Origin: Escherichia coli
GTDB lineage: Bacteria; Pseudomonadota; Gammaproteobacteria; Enterobacterales; Enterobacteriaceae
DNA: 64,000 nt
NCBI RefSeq assembly: GCF_003991155.1
Contig: NZ_CP031293.1
Reading direction: 5' to 3' (one strand)
A program made the translations under genes and the position numbers. Within the stretch, counting starts at the first letter, position 1; each line of letters begins with the position of its first letter. Shown in pieces: positions 22,542-35,582 of the stretch. The notes under the pieces were generated by a model, which did not search any database, was not told the origin of the DNA, and saw nothing but the letters and a program-made list of their open reading frames with translations.

Positions 22542-25500
22542 ACATATTCACGCTTTCCCTCGGTCTGGCCGTCATGCCGATGGTCGAGGCAGCACCAACC
22601 GCTCAGCAACAGTTGCTGGAGCAAGTTCGGTTAGGCGAAGCGACCCATCGTGAAGACCTGGTGCAACAGTCGTTGTATCGTCTGGAACTTATTGATCCGA
22701 ATAACCCGGACGTCGTTGCCGCCCGTTTCCGTTCTCTGTTACGTCAGGGCGATATTGATGGCGCGCAAAAACAGCTCGATCGGCTGTCGCAGTTAGCGCC
22801 GAGTTCAAATGCGTATAAATCGTCGCGGACCACAATGTTGCTTTCCACGCCGGATGGTCGTCAGGCACTGCAACAGGCAAGATTGCAGGCGACTACTGGT
22901 CATGCAGAAGAAGCTGTGGCGAGTTACAACAAACTGTTCAACGGTGCGCCGCCGGAAGGTGACATTGCCGTCGAGTACTGGAGTACGGTGGCGAAAATTC
23001 CGGCTCGCCGTGGCGAAGCGATTAATCAGCTAAAACGCATTAATGCGGATACGCCGGGCAATACGGGCCTGCAAAACAATCTGGCGCTATTGCTGTTTAG
23101 TAGCGATCGCCGTGACGAAGGTTTTGCCGTCCTGGAACAGATGGCGAAATCAAACGCCGGGCGCGAAGGGGCCTCTAAAATCTGGTACGGGCAGATTAAA
23201 GACATGCCCGTCAGCGATGCCAGTGTGTCGGCGCTGAAAAAATATCTCTCGATCTTTAGTGATGGCGATAGCGTGGCGGCTGCGCAATCGCAACTGGCAG
23301 AACAGCAAAAACAGCTGGCCGATCCTGCTTTCCGCGCTCGTGCGCAAGGGTTAGCGGCGGTGGACTCTGGCATGGCGGGTAAAGCCATTCCCGAACTACA
23401 ACAGGCGGTGCGGGCAAACCCGAAAGACAGTGAGGCTCTGGGGGCGCTGGGCCAGGCGTATTCTCAGAAAGGCGATCGCGCCAATGCGGTGGCGAATCTG
23501 GAAAAAGCCCTCGCACTGGACCCGCACAGCAGCAACAACGACAAATGGAACAGTCTCCTGAAAGTAAACCGCTACTGGCTGGCAATCCAGCAGGGCGATG
23601 CTGCGCTGAAAGCCAATAATCCTGACCGGGCAGAACGCCTGTTCCAGCAGGCGCGTAATGTCGATAACACCGACAGCTATGCAGTGCTGGGGCTGGGCGA
23701 TGTGGCGATGGCGCGCAAAGATTACCCCGCCGCTGAACGCTATTACCAGCAGACGCTGCGTATGGACAGCGGCAACACTAACGCCGTGCGCGGGCTGGCG
23801 AATATTTACCGCCAGCAATCGCCAGAAAAAGCTGAAGCGTTTATCGCCTCGCTCTCTGCCAGTCAGCGGCGTAGCATTGATGATATCGAACGCAGCCTAC
23901 AAAACGACCGTCTGGCACAGCAGGCAGAGGCACTGGAAAACCAGGGCAAATGGGCGCAGGCGGCAGCACTTCAGCGGCAACGACTGGCGCTGGATCCCGG
24001 CAGCGTATGGATTACTTACCGACTTTCGCAGGATCTCTGGCAGGCCGGACAACGCAGCCAGGCTGATACATTAATGCGCAATCTGGCACAGCAGAAGCCG
24101 AACGACCCGGAGCAGGTTTACGCTTACGGGCTGTATCTCTCTGGTCATGACCAGGACAGAGCGGCGCTGGCGCATATCAACAGCCTGCCGCGCGCGCAAT
24201 GGAACAGCAATATTCAGGAACTGGTTAATCGCCTGCAAAGCGATCAGGTGCTGGAAACCGCTAATCGCCTGCGAGAAAACGGCAAAGAAGCTGAAGCGGA
24301 AGCGATGCTGCGCCAGCAACCACCTTCCACGCGCATAGACCTCACGCTGGCTGACTGGGCGCAACAACGACGTGATTACACCGCCGCTCGCGCTGCATAT
24401 CAGAATGTCCTGACGCGGGAGCCAACTAACGCCGACGCCATTCTTGGTCTGACGGAAGTGGATATTGCTGCTGGTGACAAAGCGGCGGCACGTAGCCAGC
24501 TGGCGAAACTGCCTGCCACCGATAACGCCTCGCTGAACACTCAGCGGCGCGTGGCGCTGGCGCAGGCGCAGCTTGGCGATACCGCAGCGGCGCAGCAGAC
24601 GTTTAATAAGTTGATCCCGCAGGCAAAATCTCAGCCACCGTCGATGGAAAGCGCGATGGTGCTGCGCGACGGTGCGAAGTTTGAAGCGCAGGCGGGCGAT
24701 CCAACGCAGGCGCTGGAAACCTACAAAGACGCCATGGTTGCATCCGGTGTGACCACGACGCGTCCGCAGGATAACGACACCTTTACCCGGCTGACCCGTA
24801 ACGACGAGAAAGATGACTGGCTGAAACGCGGCGTGCGCAGCGATGCAGCGGACCTCTATCGCCAGCAGGATCTTAACGTCACCCTTGAGCACGATTATTG
24901 GGGATCGAGCGGCACCGGTGGTTACTCCGATCTGAAAGCGCACACCACTATGTTGCAGGTGGACGCGCCGTATTCTGACGGGCGGATGTTCTTTCGCAGT
25001 GATTTCGTCAATATGAACGTCGGCAGTTTCTCCACTAATGCCGATGGCAAATGGGATGACAACTGGGGCACCTGTACATTACAGGACTGTAGCGGCAACC
25101 GCAGCCAGTCGGATTCCGGTGCCAGCGTGGCGGTTGGCTGGCGAAATGACGTCTGGAGCTGGGATATCGGCACCACGCCGATGGGCTTCAACGTGGTGGA
25201 TGTGGTCGGCGGCATCAGTTACAGCGATGATATCGGGCCGCTGGGTTACACCGTTAACGCCCACCGTCGGCCCATCTCCAGTTCTTTGCTGGCCTTTGGT
25301 GGGCAAAAAGACTCTCCGAGCAATACCGGGAAAAAATGGGGCGGCGTGCGTGCCGACGGCGTGGGGCTAAGCCTGAGCTACGATAAAGGTGAAGCAAACG
25401 GCGTCTGGGCATCGCTTAGTGGCGACCAGTTAACCGGTAAAAATGTCGAAGATAACTGGCGTGTGCGCTGGATGACGGGCTATTACTATAAGGTCATTAA

Positions 25501-25996
25501 CCAGAACAATCGCCGCGTCACAATCGGCCTGAACAACATGATCTGGCATTACGACAAAGACCTGAGTGGCTACTCACTCGGTCAGGGCGGTTACTACAGT
25601 CCGCAGGAATACCTGTCGTTTGCCATACCGGTGATGTGGCGGGAGCGCACGGAAAACTGGTCGTGGGAGCTGGGGGCGTCTGGATCGTGGTCGCATTCAC
25701 GCACCAAAACCATGCCGCGTTATCCGCTGATGAATCTGATCCCGAGCGACTGGCAGGAAGAAGCCGCACAACAATCCAACGATGGCGGCAGCAGTCAGGG
25801 CTTTGGCTACACGGCGCGGGCATTACTTGAACGACGTGTTACCTCCAACTGGTTTGTCGGCACGGCAATTGATATCCAGCAGGCAAAAGATTACGCACCC
25901 AGCCATTTCCTGCTCTACGTACGTTATTCCGCCGCCGGATGGCAGGGTGACATGGATTTACCGCCGCAGCCGCTGATACCTTACGCCGACTGGTAA
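22523..25996 (+). CDS. bcsC: Cellulose export outer-membrane protein BcsC (TPR domains plus beta-barrel)
   Basis: 1157-aa ORF overlapping the bcsZ 3' end by 19 bp. Confidence 0.95.
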   Translation: MRKFALNIFTLSLGLAVMPMVEAAPTAQQQLLEQVRLGEATHREDLVQQSLYRLELIDPNNPDVVAARFRSLLRQGDIDGAQKQLDRLSQLAPSSNAYKSSRTTMLLSTPDGRQALQQARLQATTGHAEEAVASYNKLFNGAPPEGDIAVEYWSTVAKIPARRGEAINQLKRINADTPGNTGLQNNLALLLFSSDRRDEGFAVLEQMAKSNAGREGASKIWYGQIKDMPVSDASVSALKKYLSIFSDGDSVAAAQSQLAEQQKQLADPAFRARAQGLAAVDSGMAGKAIPELQQAVRANPKDSEALGALGQAYSQKGDRANAVANLEKALALDPHSSNNDKWNSLLKVNRYWLAIQQGDAALKANNPDRAERLFQQARNVDNTDSYAVLGLGDVAMARKDYPAAERYYQQTLRMDSGNTNAVRGLANIYRQQSPEKAEAFIASLSASQRRSIDDIERSLQNDRLAQQAEALENQGKWAQAAALQRQRLALDPGSVWITYRLSQDLWQAGQRSQADTLMRNLAQQKPNDPEQVYAYGLYLSGHDQDRAALAHINSLPRAQWNSNIQELVNRLQSDQVLETANRLRENGKEAEAEAMLRQQPPSTRIDLTLADWAQQRRDYTAARAAYQNVLTREPTNADAILGLTEVDIAAGDKAAARSQLAKLPATDNASLNTQRRVALAQAQLGDTAAAQQTFNKLIPQAKSQPPSMESAMVLRDGAKFEAQAGDPTQALETYKDAMVASGVTTTRPQDNDTFTRLTRNDEKDDWLKRGVRSDAADLYRQQDLNVTLEHDYWGSSGTGGYSDLKAHTTMLQVDAPYSDGRMFFRSDFVNMNVGSFSTNADGKWDDNWGTCTLQDCSGNRSQSDSGASVAVGWRNDVWSWDIGTTPMGFNVVDVVGGISYSDDIGPLGYTVNAHRRPISSSLLAFGGQKDSPSNTGKKWGGVRADGVGLSLSYDKGEANGVWASLSGDQLTGKNVEDNWRVRWMTGYYYKVINQNNRRVTIGLNNMIWHYDKDLSGYSLGQGGYYSPQEYLSFAIPVMWRERTENWSWELGASGSWSHSRTKTMPRYPLMNLIPSDWQEEAAQQSNDGGSSQGFGYTARALLERRVTSNWFVGTAIDIQQAKDYAPSHFLLYVRYSAAGWQGDMDLPPQPLIPYADW

Positions 25997-26077
25997 GTTT
26001 TCAGATAGCGCCTCTCTTAATGCCGCTGCGATCGGGTATACTCGGGCGGCAATCTGGGATTTCCGGGGGGAGACAAT

Positions 26078-28066
26078 TTGCGCGTAAGTCGCTCGTTAAC
26101 AATCAAGCAGATGGCAATGGTGGCAGCCGTTGTCCTGGTGTTCGTTTTTATTTTTTGCACCGTTTTGCTGTTCCATCTGGTCCAGCAGAATCGCTATAAC
26201 ACGGCTACGCAACTGGAAAGCATTGCTCGCTCTGTCCGCGAACCCTTATCTTCTGCCATTTTGAAAGGCGATATTCCCGAAGCGGAAGCTATTCTTGCCA
26301 GCATTAAACCGGCAGGCGTGGTCAGCCGTGCCGATGTGGTGCTGCCTAACCAGTTCCAGGCGCTGCGTAAAAGTTTTATTCCAGAGCGTCCGGTGCCGGT
26401 AATGGTTACTCGCCTGTTTGAGCTACCGGTGCAAATCTCGCTGGGCGTTTACTCGCTGGAACGTCCGGCAAACCCGCAGCCAATTGCCTATCTGGTGCTA
26501 CAGGCGGATTCCTTCCGCATGTATAAGTTCGTGATGAGCACCCTCTCAACGTTAGTGACCATTTACTTACTTTTGTCGTTAATATTGACGGTGGCGATTA
26601 GCTGGTGCATTAACCGCCTGATTTTGCATCCATTACGCAATATTGCTCGCGAACTTAACGCCATCCCAGCCCAGGAGCTTGTTGGTCACCAACTGGCATT
26701 ACCGCGTCTGCATCAGGACGATGAAATCGGTATGTTGGTGCGCAGTTACAACCTCAACCAGCAATTGCTGCAGCGCCATTATGAAGAACAGAACGAAAAT
26801 GCGATGCGCTTCCCGGTGTCGGATTTGCCGAACAAAGCCTTGCTGATGGAGATGCTGGAGCAGGTGGTGGCGCGTAAACAAACCACCGCGCTGATGATCA
26901 TCACCTGTGAAACCCTGCGTGATACTGCGGGTGTGCTGAAAGAGGCGCAACGAGAAATTCTGCTGCTGACGCTGGTGGAAAAACTCAAATCGGTACTGTC
27001 GCCACGTATGATCCTCGCGCAGATTAGCGGTTATGACTTTGCTGTCATTGCCAACGGTGTACAGGAACCGTGGCACGCAATCACTTTGGGTCAGCAAGTG
27101 CTCACTATCATGAGCGAGCGCCTGCCGATTGAACGTATTCAACTCCGTCCGCACTGTAGCATTGGCGTGGCGATGTTCTACGGCGATCTCACCGCCGAAC
27201 AGCTTTACAGTCGCGCTATTTCTGCGGCATTTACCGCTCGCCATAAAGGCAAGAATCAGATTCAGTTCTTTGATCCGCAGCAGATGGAAGCCGCCCAACA
27301 GCGGTTGACGGAAGAGAGCGATATCCTTAATGCACTGGAAAATCATCAGTTTGCGATTTGGTTACAGCCACAGGTCGAGATGACCAGCGGTAAACTGGTC
27401 AGTGCGGAAGTGTTACTGCGTATCCAGCAACCGGATGGCAGTTGGGATCTGCCGGATGGCTTAATCGATCGCATTGAATGCTGTGGGCTGATGGTTACCG
27501 TTGGTCACTGGGTGCTGGAAGAGTCCTGTCGACTGCTTGCTGCCTGGCAAGAGCGCGGCATTATGCTGCCCTTGTCGGTAAACCTCTCAGCGCTGCAACT
27601 GATGCACCCGAATATGGTGGCGGATATGCTGGAACTGTTAACCCGCTATCGCATTCAGCCGGGAACACTGATTCTGGAAGTGACAGAAAGCCGACGTATT
27701 GACGACCCTCATGCTGCGGTGGCAATCCTCCGTCCGCTGCGCAATGCCGGAGTTCGGGTGGCGCTGGATGATTTCGGCATGGGCTATGCAGGGCTGCGTC
27801 AGCTGCAGCATATGAAATCGTTGCCAATCGACGTACTGAAAATCGACAAAATGTTTGTTGAAGGCTTGCCGGAAGATAGCAGCATGATTGCTGCAATTAT
27901 CATGTTGGCGCAAAGCCTGAACTTACAAATGATTGCCGAAGGCGTGGAGACTGAAGCACAACGCGACTGGCTGGCAAAAGCGGGCGTTGGTATTGCCCAG
28001 GGCTTCCTTTTTGCTCGCCCACTCCCTATTGAAATCTTCGAAGAGAGTTACCTGGAAGAAAAGTAG
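26078..28066 (+). CDS. pdeK: Cyclic-di-GMP phosphodiesterase PdeK (YhjK; HAMP-GGDEF-EAL)
   Basis: 662-aa ORF with TTG start and N-terminal transmembrane segments; EAL-domain motifs (EVTE, DDFG) visible in the C-terminal part. Confidence 0.9.
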   Translation: MRVSRSLTIKQMAMVAAVVLVFVFIFCTVLLFHLVQQNRYNTATQLESIARSVREPLSSAILKGDIPEAEAILASIKPAGVVSRADVVLPNQFQALRKSFIPERPVPVMVTRLFELPVQISLGVYSLERPANPQPIAYLVLQADSFRMYKFVMSTLSTLVTIYLLLSLILTVAISWCINRLILHPLRNIARELNAIPAQELVGHQLALPRLHQDDEIGMLVRSYNLNQQLLQRHYEEQNENAMRFPVSDLPNKALLMEMLEQVVARKQTTALMIITCETLRDTAGVLKEAQREILLLTLVEKLKSVLSPRMILAQISGYDFAVIANGVQEPWHAITLGQQVLTIMSERLPIERIQLRPHCSIGVAMFYGDLTAEQLYSRAISAAFTARHKGKNQIQFFDPQQMEAAQQRLTEESDILNALENHQFAIWLQPQVEMTSGKLVSAEVLLRIQQPDGSWDLPDGLIDRIECCGLMVTVGHWVLEESCRLLAAWQERGIMLPLSVNLSALQLMHPNMVADMLELLTRYRIQPGTLILEVTESRRIDDPHAAVAILRPLRNAGVRVALDDFGMGYAGLRQLQHMKSLPIDVLKIDKMFVEGLPEDSSMIAAIIMLAQSLNLQMIAEGVETEAQRDWLAKAGVGIAQGFLFARPLPIEIFEESYLEEK

Positions 28067-28212
28067 CTACCCCAAACTGATTACAAAACTTTAAAAAGTG
28101 CTGGTTTGTGCGAGCCAGCTCAAACTTTTTAACCTTTTTGTTTCAATTATGATCCAGGTACATTTCTGTGATGTTGTCTGGGTGTTATTTTAAGGCCGCA
28201 GGTACCCCATAA

Positions 28213-29535
<1,323 letters not shown>

Positions 29536-29548
29536 TCTCACCACTTAT

Positions 29549-29583
29549 GCCCGCACTCCCTTCCCCGAGTGCGGGTGTTTGCG
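29549..29583 (+). terminator. Rho-independent terminator after dctA
   Basis: GCCCGCACTC...GAGTGCGGG hairpin followed by a T-rich tract. Confidence 0.7.
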
Positions 29584-29754
29584 CATAATTGACCCCTGTG
29601 CCTGAACTTACCACCTGGGTGAGTTCAGGTTTATTTCACTTCTTCCGTGACATTTTCATGTTCTTGCGGTCTAACACGAAGTGTTTTTAACGTCATTTAG
29701 ACTGACCGACAACGGCCAGTTTTTTATTACCAGGATAGTTGATCAGGGGTTCAC

Positions 29755-31251
29755 ATGCAGGGCACAAAAATTCGACTTTTAGCGGGCGGTTTGCTGATGA
29801 TGGCCACTGCTGGCTATGTGCAGGCAGATGCGCTCCAGCCTGATCCAGCATGGCAACAGGGGACGCTTTCCAACGGTTTACAGTGGCAAGTGCTGACTAC
29901 ACCCCAGCGTCCCAGCGATCGTGTTGAAATTCGCCTGCTGGTTAATACCGGTTCGCTCGCCGAAAGTACACAACAGAGCGGTTACAGCCACGCCATCCCT
30001 CGTATTGCGTTAACGCAAAGCGGTGGCCTTGACGCAGCGCAGGCGCGTTCATTGTGGCAGCAGGGGATCGACCCTAAACGCCCGATGCCGCCGGTAATTG
30101 TCTCTTATGACACCACGCTGTTTAATCTGAGTTTGCCCAATAACCGTAACGACTTGCTGAAAGAAGCGCTCTCTTATCTGGCAAATGCCACTGGCAAACT
30201 GACTATCACGCCAGAAACCATCAACCACGCGCTGCAAAGTCAGGACATGGTGGCAACCTGGCCTGCCGATACTAAAGAGGGCTGGTGGCGCTATCGTCTG
30301 AAAGGATCAACCTTGTTAGGTCACGATCCTGCCGATCCGCTGAAACAACCCGTTGAAGCGGAAAAGATTAAAGATTTCTATCAGAAATGGTACACCCCGG
30401 ATGCAATGACGCTGCTGGTGGTGGGAAACGTGGATGCGCGCTCGGTCGTCGACCAAATCAATAAAACGTTTGGCGAACTGAAAGGCAAACGTGAAACACC
30501 GGCTCCGGTGCCGACGCTTTCTCCGCTGCGTGCGGAAGCGGTGAGTATTATGACCGACGCGGTGCGTCAGGACCGGCTATCTATCATGTGGGATACGCCG
30601 TGGCAGCCGATTCGTGAATCAGCCGCACTGCTGCGCTACTGGCGTGCGGACCTGGCCCGTGAGGCGCTGTTCTGGCATGTTCAGCAAGCGTTAAGCGCCA
30701 GCAACAGTAAAGACATCGGTCTTGGATTTGACTGTCGTGTGCTGTATCTGCGTGCGCAGTGTGCCATCAACATCGAATCACCAAACGACAAGCTGAACAG
30801 CAACCTTAATCTGGTGGCGCGTGAACTGGCGAAGGTTCGCGATAAAGGTCTGCCGGAAGAAGAGTTCAATGCGTTAGTGGCGCAAAAGAAACTGGAGCTG
30901 CAGAAACTGTTTGCCGCCTATGCGCGAGCTGATACCGATATTTTGATGGGGCAGCGGATGCGTTCGTTGCAAAATCAGGTTGTCGATATCGCGCCGGAGC
31001 AGTATCAGAAATTGCGGCAGGATTTCCTTAATAGTCTGACGGTAGAGATGTTAAATCAGGATCTGCGCCAGCAGTTGTCGAACGATATGGCGTTAATACT
31101 GCTGCAGCCGAAAGGCGAGCCGGAATTTAACATGAAAGCGTTGCAGGCGGCCTGGGATCAAATCATGGCCCCATCGACTGCGGCTGCCGCCACATCTGTC
31201 GCCACGGATGACGTACATCCTGAAGTGACGGATATTCCACCTGTACAGTAA
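29755..31251 (+). CDS. yhjJ: Putative periplasmic M16-family peptidase-like protein YhjJ
   Basis: 498-aa ORF with signal peptide; recognised by context. Confidence 0.9.
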   Translation: MQGTKIRLLAGGLLMMATAGYVQADALQPDPAWQQGTLSNGLQWQVLTTPQRPSDRVEIRLLVNTGSLAESTQQSGYSHAIPRIALTQSGGLDAAQARSLWQQGIDPKRPMPPVIVSYDTTLFNLSLPNNRNDLLKEALSYLANATGKLTITPETINHALQSQDMVATWPADTKEGWWRYRLKGSTLLGHDPADPLKQPVEAEKIKDFYQKWYTPDAMTLLVVGNVDARSVVDQINKTFGELKGKRETPAPVPTLSPLRAEAVSIMTDAVRQDRLSIMWDTPWQPIRESAALLRYWRADLAREALFWHVQQALSASNSKDIGLGFDCRVLYLRAQCAINIESPNDKLNSNLNLVARELAKVRDKGLPEEEFNALVAQKKLELQKLFAAYARADTDILMGQRMRSLQNQVVDIAPEQYQKLRQDFLNSLTVEMLNQDLRQQLSNDMALILLQPKGEPEFNMKALQAAWDQIMAPSTAAAATSVATDDVHPEVTDIPPVQ

Positions 31252-31252
31252 T

Positions 31253-31332
31253 GCCTGATGGTGATGAGTTAGCACAACCATCAGGTATTTATGGATGAGC
31301 TGGATAGGGGGTAACACTCTATCCAGCCTTTT
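31253..31332. terminator. Two hairpins between convergent yhjJ and kdgK
   Basis: CCTGATGGT...ACCATCAGG and GCTGGATAG...CTATCCAGC stem-loops; the second is followed by a T-run on the plus strand. Confidence 0.5.
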
Positions 31333-31345
31333 GCATATGCTGCTT

Positions 31346-32275
31346 TTACGCTGGCATCGCTTCACGCGGGATAATCGCGCCGCGATACTGAATAACGGTA
31401 CTTGCGGTCAGGTGCCCGCGTTTCGCTGCGTCTTCCGCACTGCCGCCCGTCAAACGTACCGCCAGATAACCGGCACTGAAAGAGTCGCCAGCTGCGGTGG
31501 TATCGATCACTTTTTCTTTCGGCAGTTTTACCGCCGGAACATCCACTAACCCTTCGCCAGCAATGGACACCAGGCAAGAATCCGCCCCGCGTTTCACCAC
31601 CACTTCTTTCACGCCCGCGTTATGGGTGCGCGCAATGACGTCTTCCACCGGCTGTTGACCCCACAGCGCGTCTTCATCGTCCAGCGTCAGGAAGGCGATA
31701 TCCGTGCATTCCAGCATTTGTTGGTACACCTGCTGTGTCTCTTCTTTGCTGGCCCACAGGCGCGGACGATAGTTATTGTCGAAAATCACTTTTCCGCCGT
31801 TGGCGCGGCATTCGCGCAGCAGGGAAAGCAGCTTTTCGCGGCTGGTCGGGCTTAAGATCGCCAGGCTAATCCCGCTCAGGTAGAGATAATCGAAATTCGC
31901 CAGCTCTTCGCAAATCGCCGCGGATTGCTCACTCTCCAGCCAGAATTTGGCGGCGGCTTCGTTACGCCAGTAGTAGAACGTACGTTCGCCGGTGCTGTCG
32001 GTTTCAATGTAGTAAAGGCCCGGCAGACGGTTTTCCATCCGTTGGGTCAGGGAAGTATCAACGTTCTCGCCGTGCCAGGCGTCCAGCATCTGCTGGCTAA
32101 AACTGTCCGTTCCCAGCGCCGTTACGTAATGAACGGTTAATGCCGCAGGATCGACCTGACGGGCGATATAGACGGAAGTGTTCAGGGTATCTCCGCCGAA
32201 ACCGCGCTTAACGTCCGCGCCTTTCTCGGAAAGCTCAATCATGCATTCGCCAATCACGGCAATCTTTTTGGACAT
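31346..32275 (-). CDS. kdgK: 2-dehydro-3-deoxygluconokinase KdgK
   Basis: ORF 31346..32623; start placed at the ATG giving MSKKIAVIGECMIELSEKG... (309 aa); PfkB-family sugar kinase. Confidence 0.95.
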   Translation of the reverse strand: MSKKIAVIGECMIELSEKGADVKRGFGGDTLNTSVYIARQVDPAALTVHYVTALGTDSFSQQMLDAWHGENVDTSLTQRMENRLPGLYYIETDSTGERTFYYWRNEAAAKFWLESEQSAAICEELANFDYLYLSGISLAILSPTSREKLLSLLRECRANGGKVIFDNNYRPRLWASKEETQQVYQQMLECTDIAFLTLDDEDALWGQQPVEDVIARTHNAGVKEVVVKRGADSCLVSIAGEGLVDVPAVKLPKEKVIDTTAAGDSFSAGYLAVRLTGGSAEDAAKRGHLTASTVIQYRGAIIPREAMPA

Positions 32276-32341
32276 AGTCGTGAACCTGATCTGTAAAAAA
32301 TTAGCGTTAGTTTGCGCTGTGGTGGTTTGCTGGTCAACCAT

Positions 32342-32360
32342 ATTAAAACAGTGTTCCATT
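32342..32360. promoter_or_regulatory. Candidate KdgR operator upstream of kdgK
   Basis: ATTAAAACAGTGTTCCATT fits the KdgR consensus AATRAAAYRNYRTTTYAWT with two mismatches. Confidence 0.5.
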
Positions 32361-32431
32361 ATTTTTTTGAGCCAGAACGTATTCCTGAAAGATTCCGTTG
32401 TGGAGTGGGGAAATTTACCCCGGCCAGGCGG

Positions 32432-32458
32432 TAAAGTTCTGCCCTTGCGCGCCGATAA
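32432..32458 (+). promoter_or_regulatory. Sigma28 (FliA) promoter of pdeH
   Basis: TAAAGTTC - 11 bp - GCCGATAA, about 50 bp upstream of the pdeH ATG; matches the class 3 flagellar promoter consensus. Confidence 0.7.
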
Positions 32459-32506
32459 TCTTTGTCGAGTCCGGGCAGCATCACTTTTAAACACAGGACA
32501 TCTTTG

Positions 32507-33274
32507 ATGATAAGGCAGGTTATCCAGCGAATAAGCAACCCTGAAGCAAGCATCGAGAGCTTGCAGGAACGGCGTTTTTGGTTGCAGTGTGAGCGTGCTT
32601 ACACCTGGCAGCCGATCTATCAAACATGCGGGCGGTTAATGGCCGTGGAGCTATTAACGGTGGTCACGCATCCCTTGAACCCTTCGCAACGCCTGCCGCC
32701 GGATCGCTATTTTACTGAAATCACCGTTAGCCATCGGATGGAGGTTGTGAAAGAGCAGATTGATTTGCTGGCGCAAAAAGCCGACTTCTTTGTAGAGCAC
32801 GGCCTGCTGGCATCGGTCAATATTGATGGCCCTACGCTCATCGCCCTGCGTCAGCAACCAAAAATCCTGCGCCAGATTGAGGATCTTCCCTGGCTGCGTT
32901 TCGAACTGGTGGAACACATCCGCCTGCCGAAAGATTCAACCTTTGCCTCGATGTGTGAATTTGGCCCGCTGTGGCTGGATGATTTTGGTACCGGGATGGC
33001 AAATTTCTCTGCACTAAGTGAAGTGCGTTATGACTACATCAAAATCGCGCGAGAACTGTTTGTGATGCTGCGTCAGTCGCCGGAAGGACGCACACTCTTT
33101 TCTCAGCTTTTACATCTAATGAATCGCTATTGTCGCGGGGTGATTGTCGAGGGCGTAGAAACGCCGGAAGAGTGGCGTGATGTTCAGAACTCGCCCGCAT
33201 TCGCCGCACAAGGCTGGTTTCTTTCACGCCCGTCACCGATAGAAACGCTGAATACGGCGGTTCTGGCGCTATAA
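32507..33274 (+). CDS. pdeH: Cyclic-di-GMP phosphodiesterase PdeH (YhjH; EAL domain)
   Basis: 255-aa product MIRQVIQRISNPEAS... from the internal ATG of ORF 32462..33274. Confidence 0.9.
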   Translation: MIRQVIQRISNPEASIESLQERRFWLQCERAYTWQPIYQTCGRLMAVELLTVVTHPLNPSQRLPPDRYFTEITVSHRMEVVKEQIDLLAQKADFFVEHGLLASVNIDGPTLIALRQQPKILRQIEDLPWLRFELVEHIRLPKDSTFASMCEFGPLWLDDFGTGMANFSALSEVRYDYIKIARELFVMLRQSPEGRTLFSQLLHLMNRYCRGVIVEGVETPEEWRDVQNSPAFAAQGWFLSRPSPIETLNTAVLAL

Positions 33275-33343
33275 GCTGCCTCATTTTCCGCCTGGCTGGA
33301 CTATCTTTAGGACTGGCACAGGAAGAATATGAGGAAGCGAACG

Positions 33344-35404
33344 ATGAGCAAGGCAGGCAAAATAACCGCTGCGATTTCAGGGGCTTTCTTGTTGTTGATT
33401 GTCGTGGCGATCATTTTGATTGCAACTTTTGACTGGAATCGACTAAAACCGACCATCAACCAGAAAGTCTCTGCGGAGTTGAATCGTCCGTTCGCTATCC
33501 GTGGCGATCTGGGCGTGGTGTGGGAGCGGCAAAAGCAAGAAACTGGCTGGCGCAGCTGGGTGCCGTGGCCCCATGTACACGCGGAAGACATTATTCTTGG
33601 CAACCCACCAGATATTCCCGAAGTCACAATGGTGCATTTGCCACGCGTAGAGGCAACGCTGGCACCGTTGGCGCTGCTGACCAAAACGGTCTGGCTACCG
33701 TGGATCAAACTGGAAAAGCCCGACGCATGCCTGATTCGCCTCTCTGAAAAGAACAATAACTGGACCTTTAATCTCGCCAGCGATGACAACAAAGACACGA
33801 ATGCAAAGCCGTCGGCATGGTCGTTTCGGCTGGATAATATTCTGTTCGATCAAGGGCGGATCGCCATTGATGACAAAGTAAGCAAAGCGGATCTAGAAAT
33901 TTTTGTCGATCCGTTAGGCAAGCCGCTGCCGTTCAGCGAAGTTACTGGATCGAAAGGTAAAGCGGATAAAGAAAAGGTGGGCGATTACGTTTTTGGCCTG
34001 AAGGCGCAGGGACGTTATAAGGGAGAGCCGCTCACTGGTACGGGAAAAATAGGCGGTATGCTGGCGCTGCGTGGCGAAGGGACGCCGTTTCCGGTACAGG
34101 CTGATTTCCGCTCTGGTAACACCCGTGTTGCTTTTGATGGCGTTGTGAATGACCCAATGAAGATGGGTGGTGTCGATTTACGGCTTAAATTTTCTGGCGA
34201 TTCGCTGGGTGATCTCTATGAACTGACGGGCGTTCTGCTGCCCGATACCCCGCCGTTTGAAACGGATGGTCGGCTGGTAGCGAAAATCGACACTGAAAAA
34301 TCGTCGGTCTTTGATTATCGCGGCTTTAATGGGCGCATTGGCGATAGCGATATCCACGGTTCTCTGGTCTACACCACCGGCAAGCCACGACCAAAACTGG
34401 AAGGTGATGTCGAGTCGCGGCAATTGCGGCTGGCGGACCTGGGACCGTTGATTGGCGTTGATTCCGGGAAAGGAGCTGAAAAGTCGACACGGTCTGAACA
34501 GAAGAAGGGTGAAAAAAGCGTTCAGCCTGCGGGCAAAGTGCTGCCTTATGACCGCTTCGAAACCGATAAATGGGACGTTATGGATGCCGATGTTCGCTTC
34601 AAAGGGCGGCGCATTGAGCATGGCAGTAGCCTGCCGATTAGCGATCTTTCTACTCATATCATCCTCAAAAATGCTGACCTGCGCCTGCAACCGCTGAAAT
34701 TTGGCATGGCGGGCGGCAGCATTGCGGCGAATATTCATCTGGAAGGTGATAAAAAACCGATGCAAGGGCGGGCAGATATTCAGGCTCGTCGACTGAAACT
34801 GAAAGAACTGATGCCCGATGTGGAACTGATGCAGAAGACGCTGGGGGAAATGAACGGTGACGCGGAACTACGCGGTAGCGGTAACTCGGTGGCGGCGCTT
34901 TTAGGCAACAGTAACGGCAACCTGAAACTGTTGATGAATGACGGGCTGGTGAGCCGCAACCTGATGGAGATTGTCGGGCTGAATGTCGGCAACTACATTG
35001 TCGGTGCGATATTTGGTGACGATGAGGTGCGGGTGAACTGCGCGGCGGCGAATCTTGATATTGCCAACGGCGTGGCGCGCCCGCAGATCTTTGCTTTCGA
35101 TACTGAGAACGCGTTGATTAACGTTACCGGCACGGCAAGTTTTGCTTCGGAACAGCTGGATTTGACTATTGATCCGGAGAGTAAAGGAATTCGGATTATC
35201 ACACTGCGTTCGCCGCTGTATGTGCGTGGGACGTTTAAAAATCCGCAGGCTGGGGTGAAAGCCGGGCCGTTGATTGCTCGCGGAGCCGTCGCGGCGGCAC
35301 TGGCAACGCTGGTAACACCGGCGGCGGCGTTACTGGCGCTGATCTCTCCTTCCGAAGGGGAGGCTAATCAGTGTCGGACGATTTTGTCGCAGATGAAGAA
35401 GTGA
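33344..35404 (+). CDS. yhjG: AsmA-family protein YhjG
   Basis: ORF 33329..35404; the ATG at 33344 has the better Shine-Dalgarno (GAGGAAG) and gives 686 aa; 33329 is an alternative start. Confidence 0.85.
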   Translation: MSKAGKITAAISGAFLLLIVVAIILIATFDWNRLKPTINQKVSAELNRPFAIRGDLGVVWERQKQETGWRSWVPWPHVHAEDIILGNPPDIPEVTMVHLPRVEATLAPLALLTKTVWLPWIKLEKPDACLIRLSEKNNNWTFNLASDDNKDTNAKPSAWSFRLDNILFDQGRIAIDDKVSKADLEIFVDPLGKPLPFSEVTGSKGKADKEKVGDYVFGLKAQGRYKGEPLTGTGKIGGMLALRGEGTPFPVQADFRSGNTRVAFDGVVNDPMKMGGVDLRLKFSGDSLGDLYELTGVLLPDTPPFETDGRLVAKIDTEKSSVFDYRGFNGRIGDSDIHGSLVYTTGKPRPKLEGDVESRQLRLADLGPLIGVDSGKGAEKSTRSEQKKGEKSVQPAGKVLPYDRFETDKWDVMDADVRFKGRRIEHGSSLPISDLSTHIILKNADLRLQPLKFGMAGGSIAANIHLEGDKKPMQGRADIQARRLKLKELMPDVELMQKTLGEMNGDAELRGSGNSVAALLGNSNGNLKLLMNDGLVSRNLMEIVGLNVGNYIVGAIFGDDEVRVNCAAANLDIANGVARPQIFAFDTENALINVTGTASFASEQLDLTIDPESKGIRIITLRSPLYVRGTFKNPQAGVKAGPLIARGAVAAALATLVTPAAALLALISPSEGEANQCRTILSQMKK

Positions 35405-35409
35405 TGATA

Positions 35410-35575
35410 ATTGCCGGATGTCTGACATCCGGCAATTAAACAGATTTAGATTGTTGGCAAAGTGTGCTTTGTTCATGCCGGATGCGGCGTGAACGCCTCC
35501 GACTTACAAATCCTTGCTAATTCAATATATTGTATGGGAATTCAGGCCTGATAAGCGTAGCGCATCAGGCTTTTC
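35410..35575. repeat. Cluster of three REP-type palindromic elements
   Basis: ATTGCCGGATGTCTGACATCCGGCAAT, TGCCGGATGCGGCGTGAACGCCTCCGAC, AGGCCTGATAAGCGTAGCGCATCAGGC. Confidence 0.7.
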
Positions 35576-35582
35576 ACTCTTA

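Noticed and set aside
24071-24943. 290-codon ORF on the minus strand inside bcsC
   Set aside because: It lies entirely antisense to a well-supported long gene in GC-rich sequence, with no SD or promoter context; a typical shadow ORF. The same applies to 17759..18604 (inside bcsA), 28147..28902 (opposite dctA), 26699..27346 (inside pdeK), 34178..34765 (inside yhjG) and 44928..45518 (opposite gadA).
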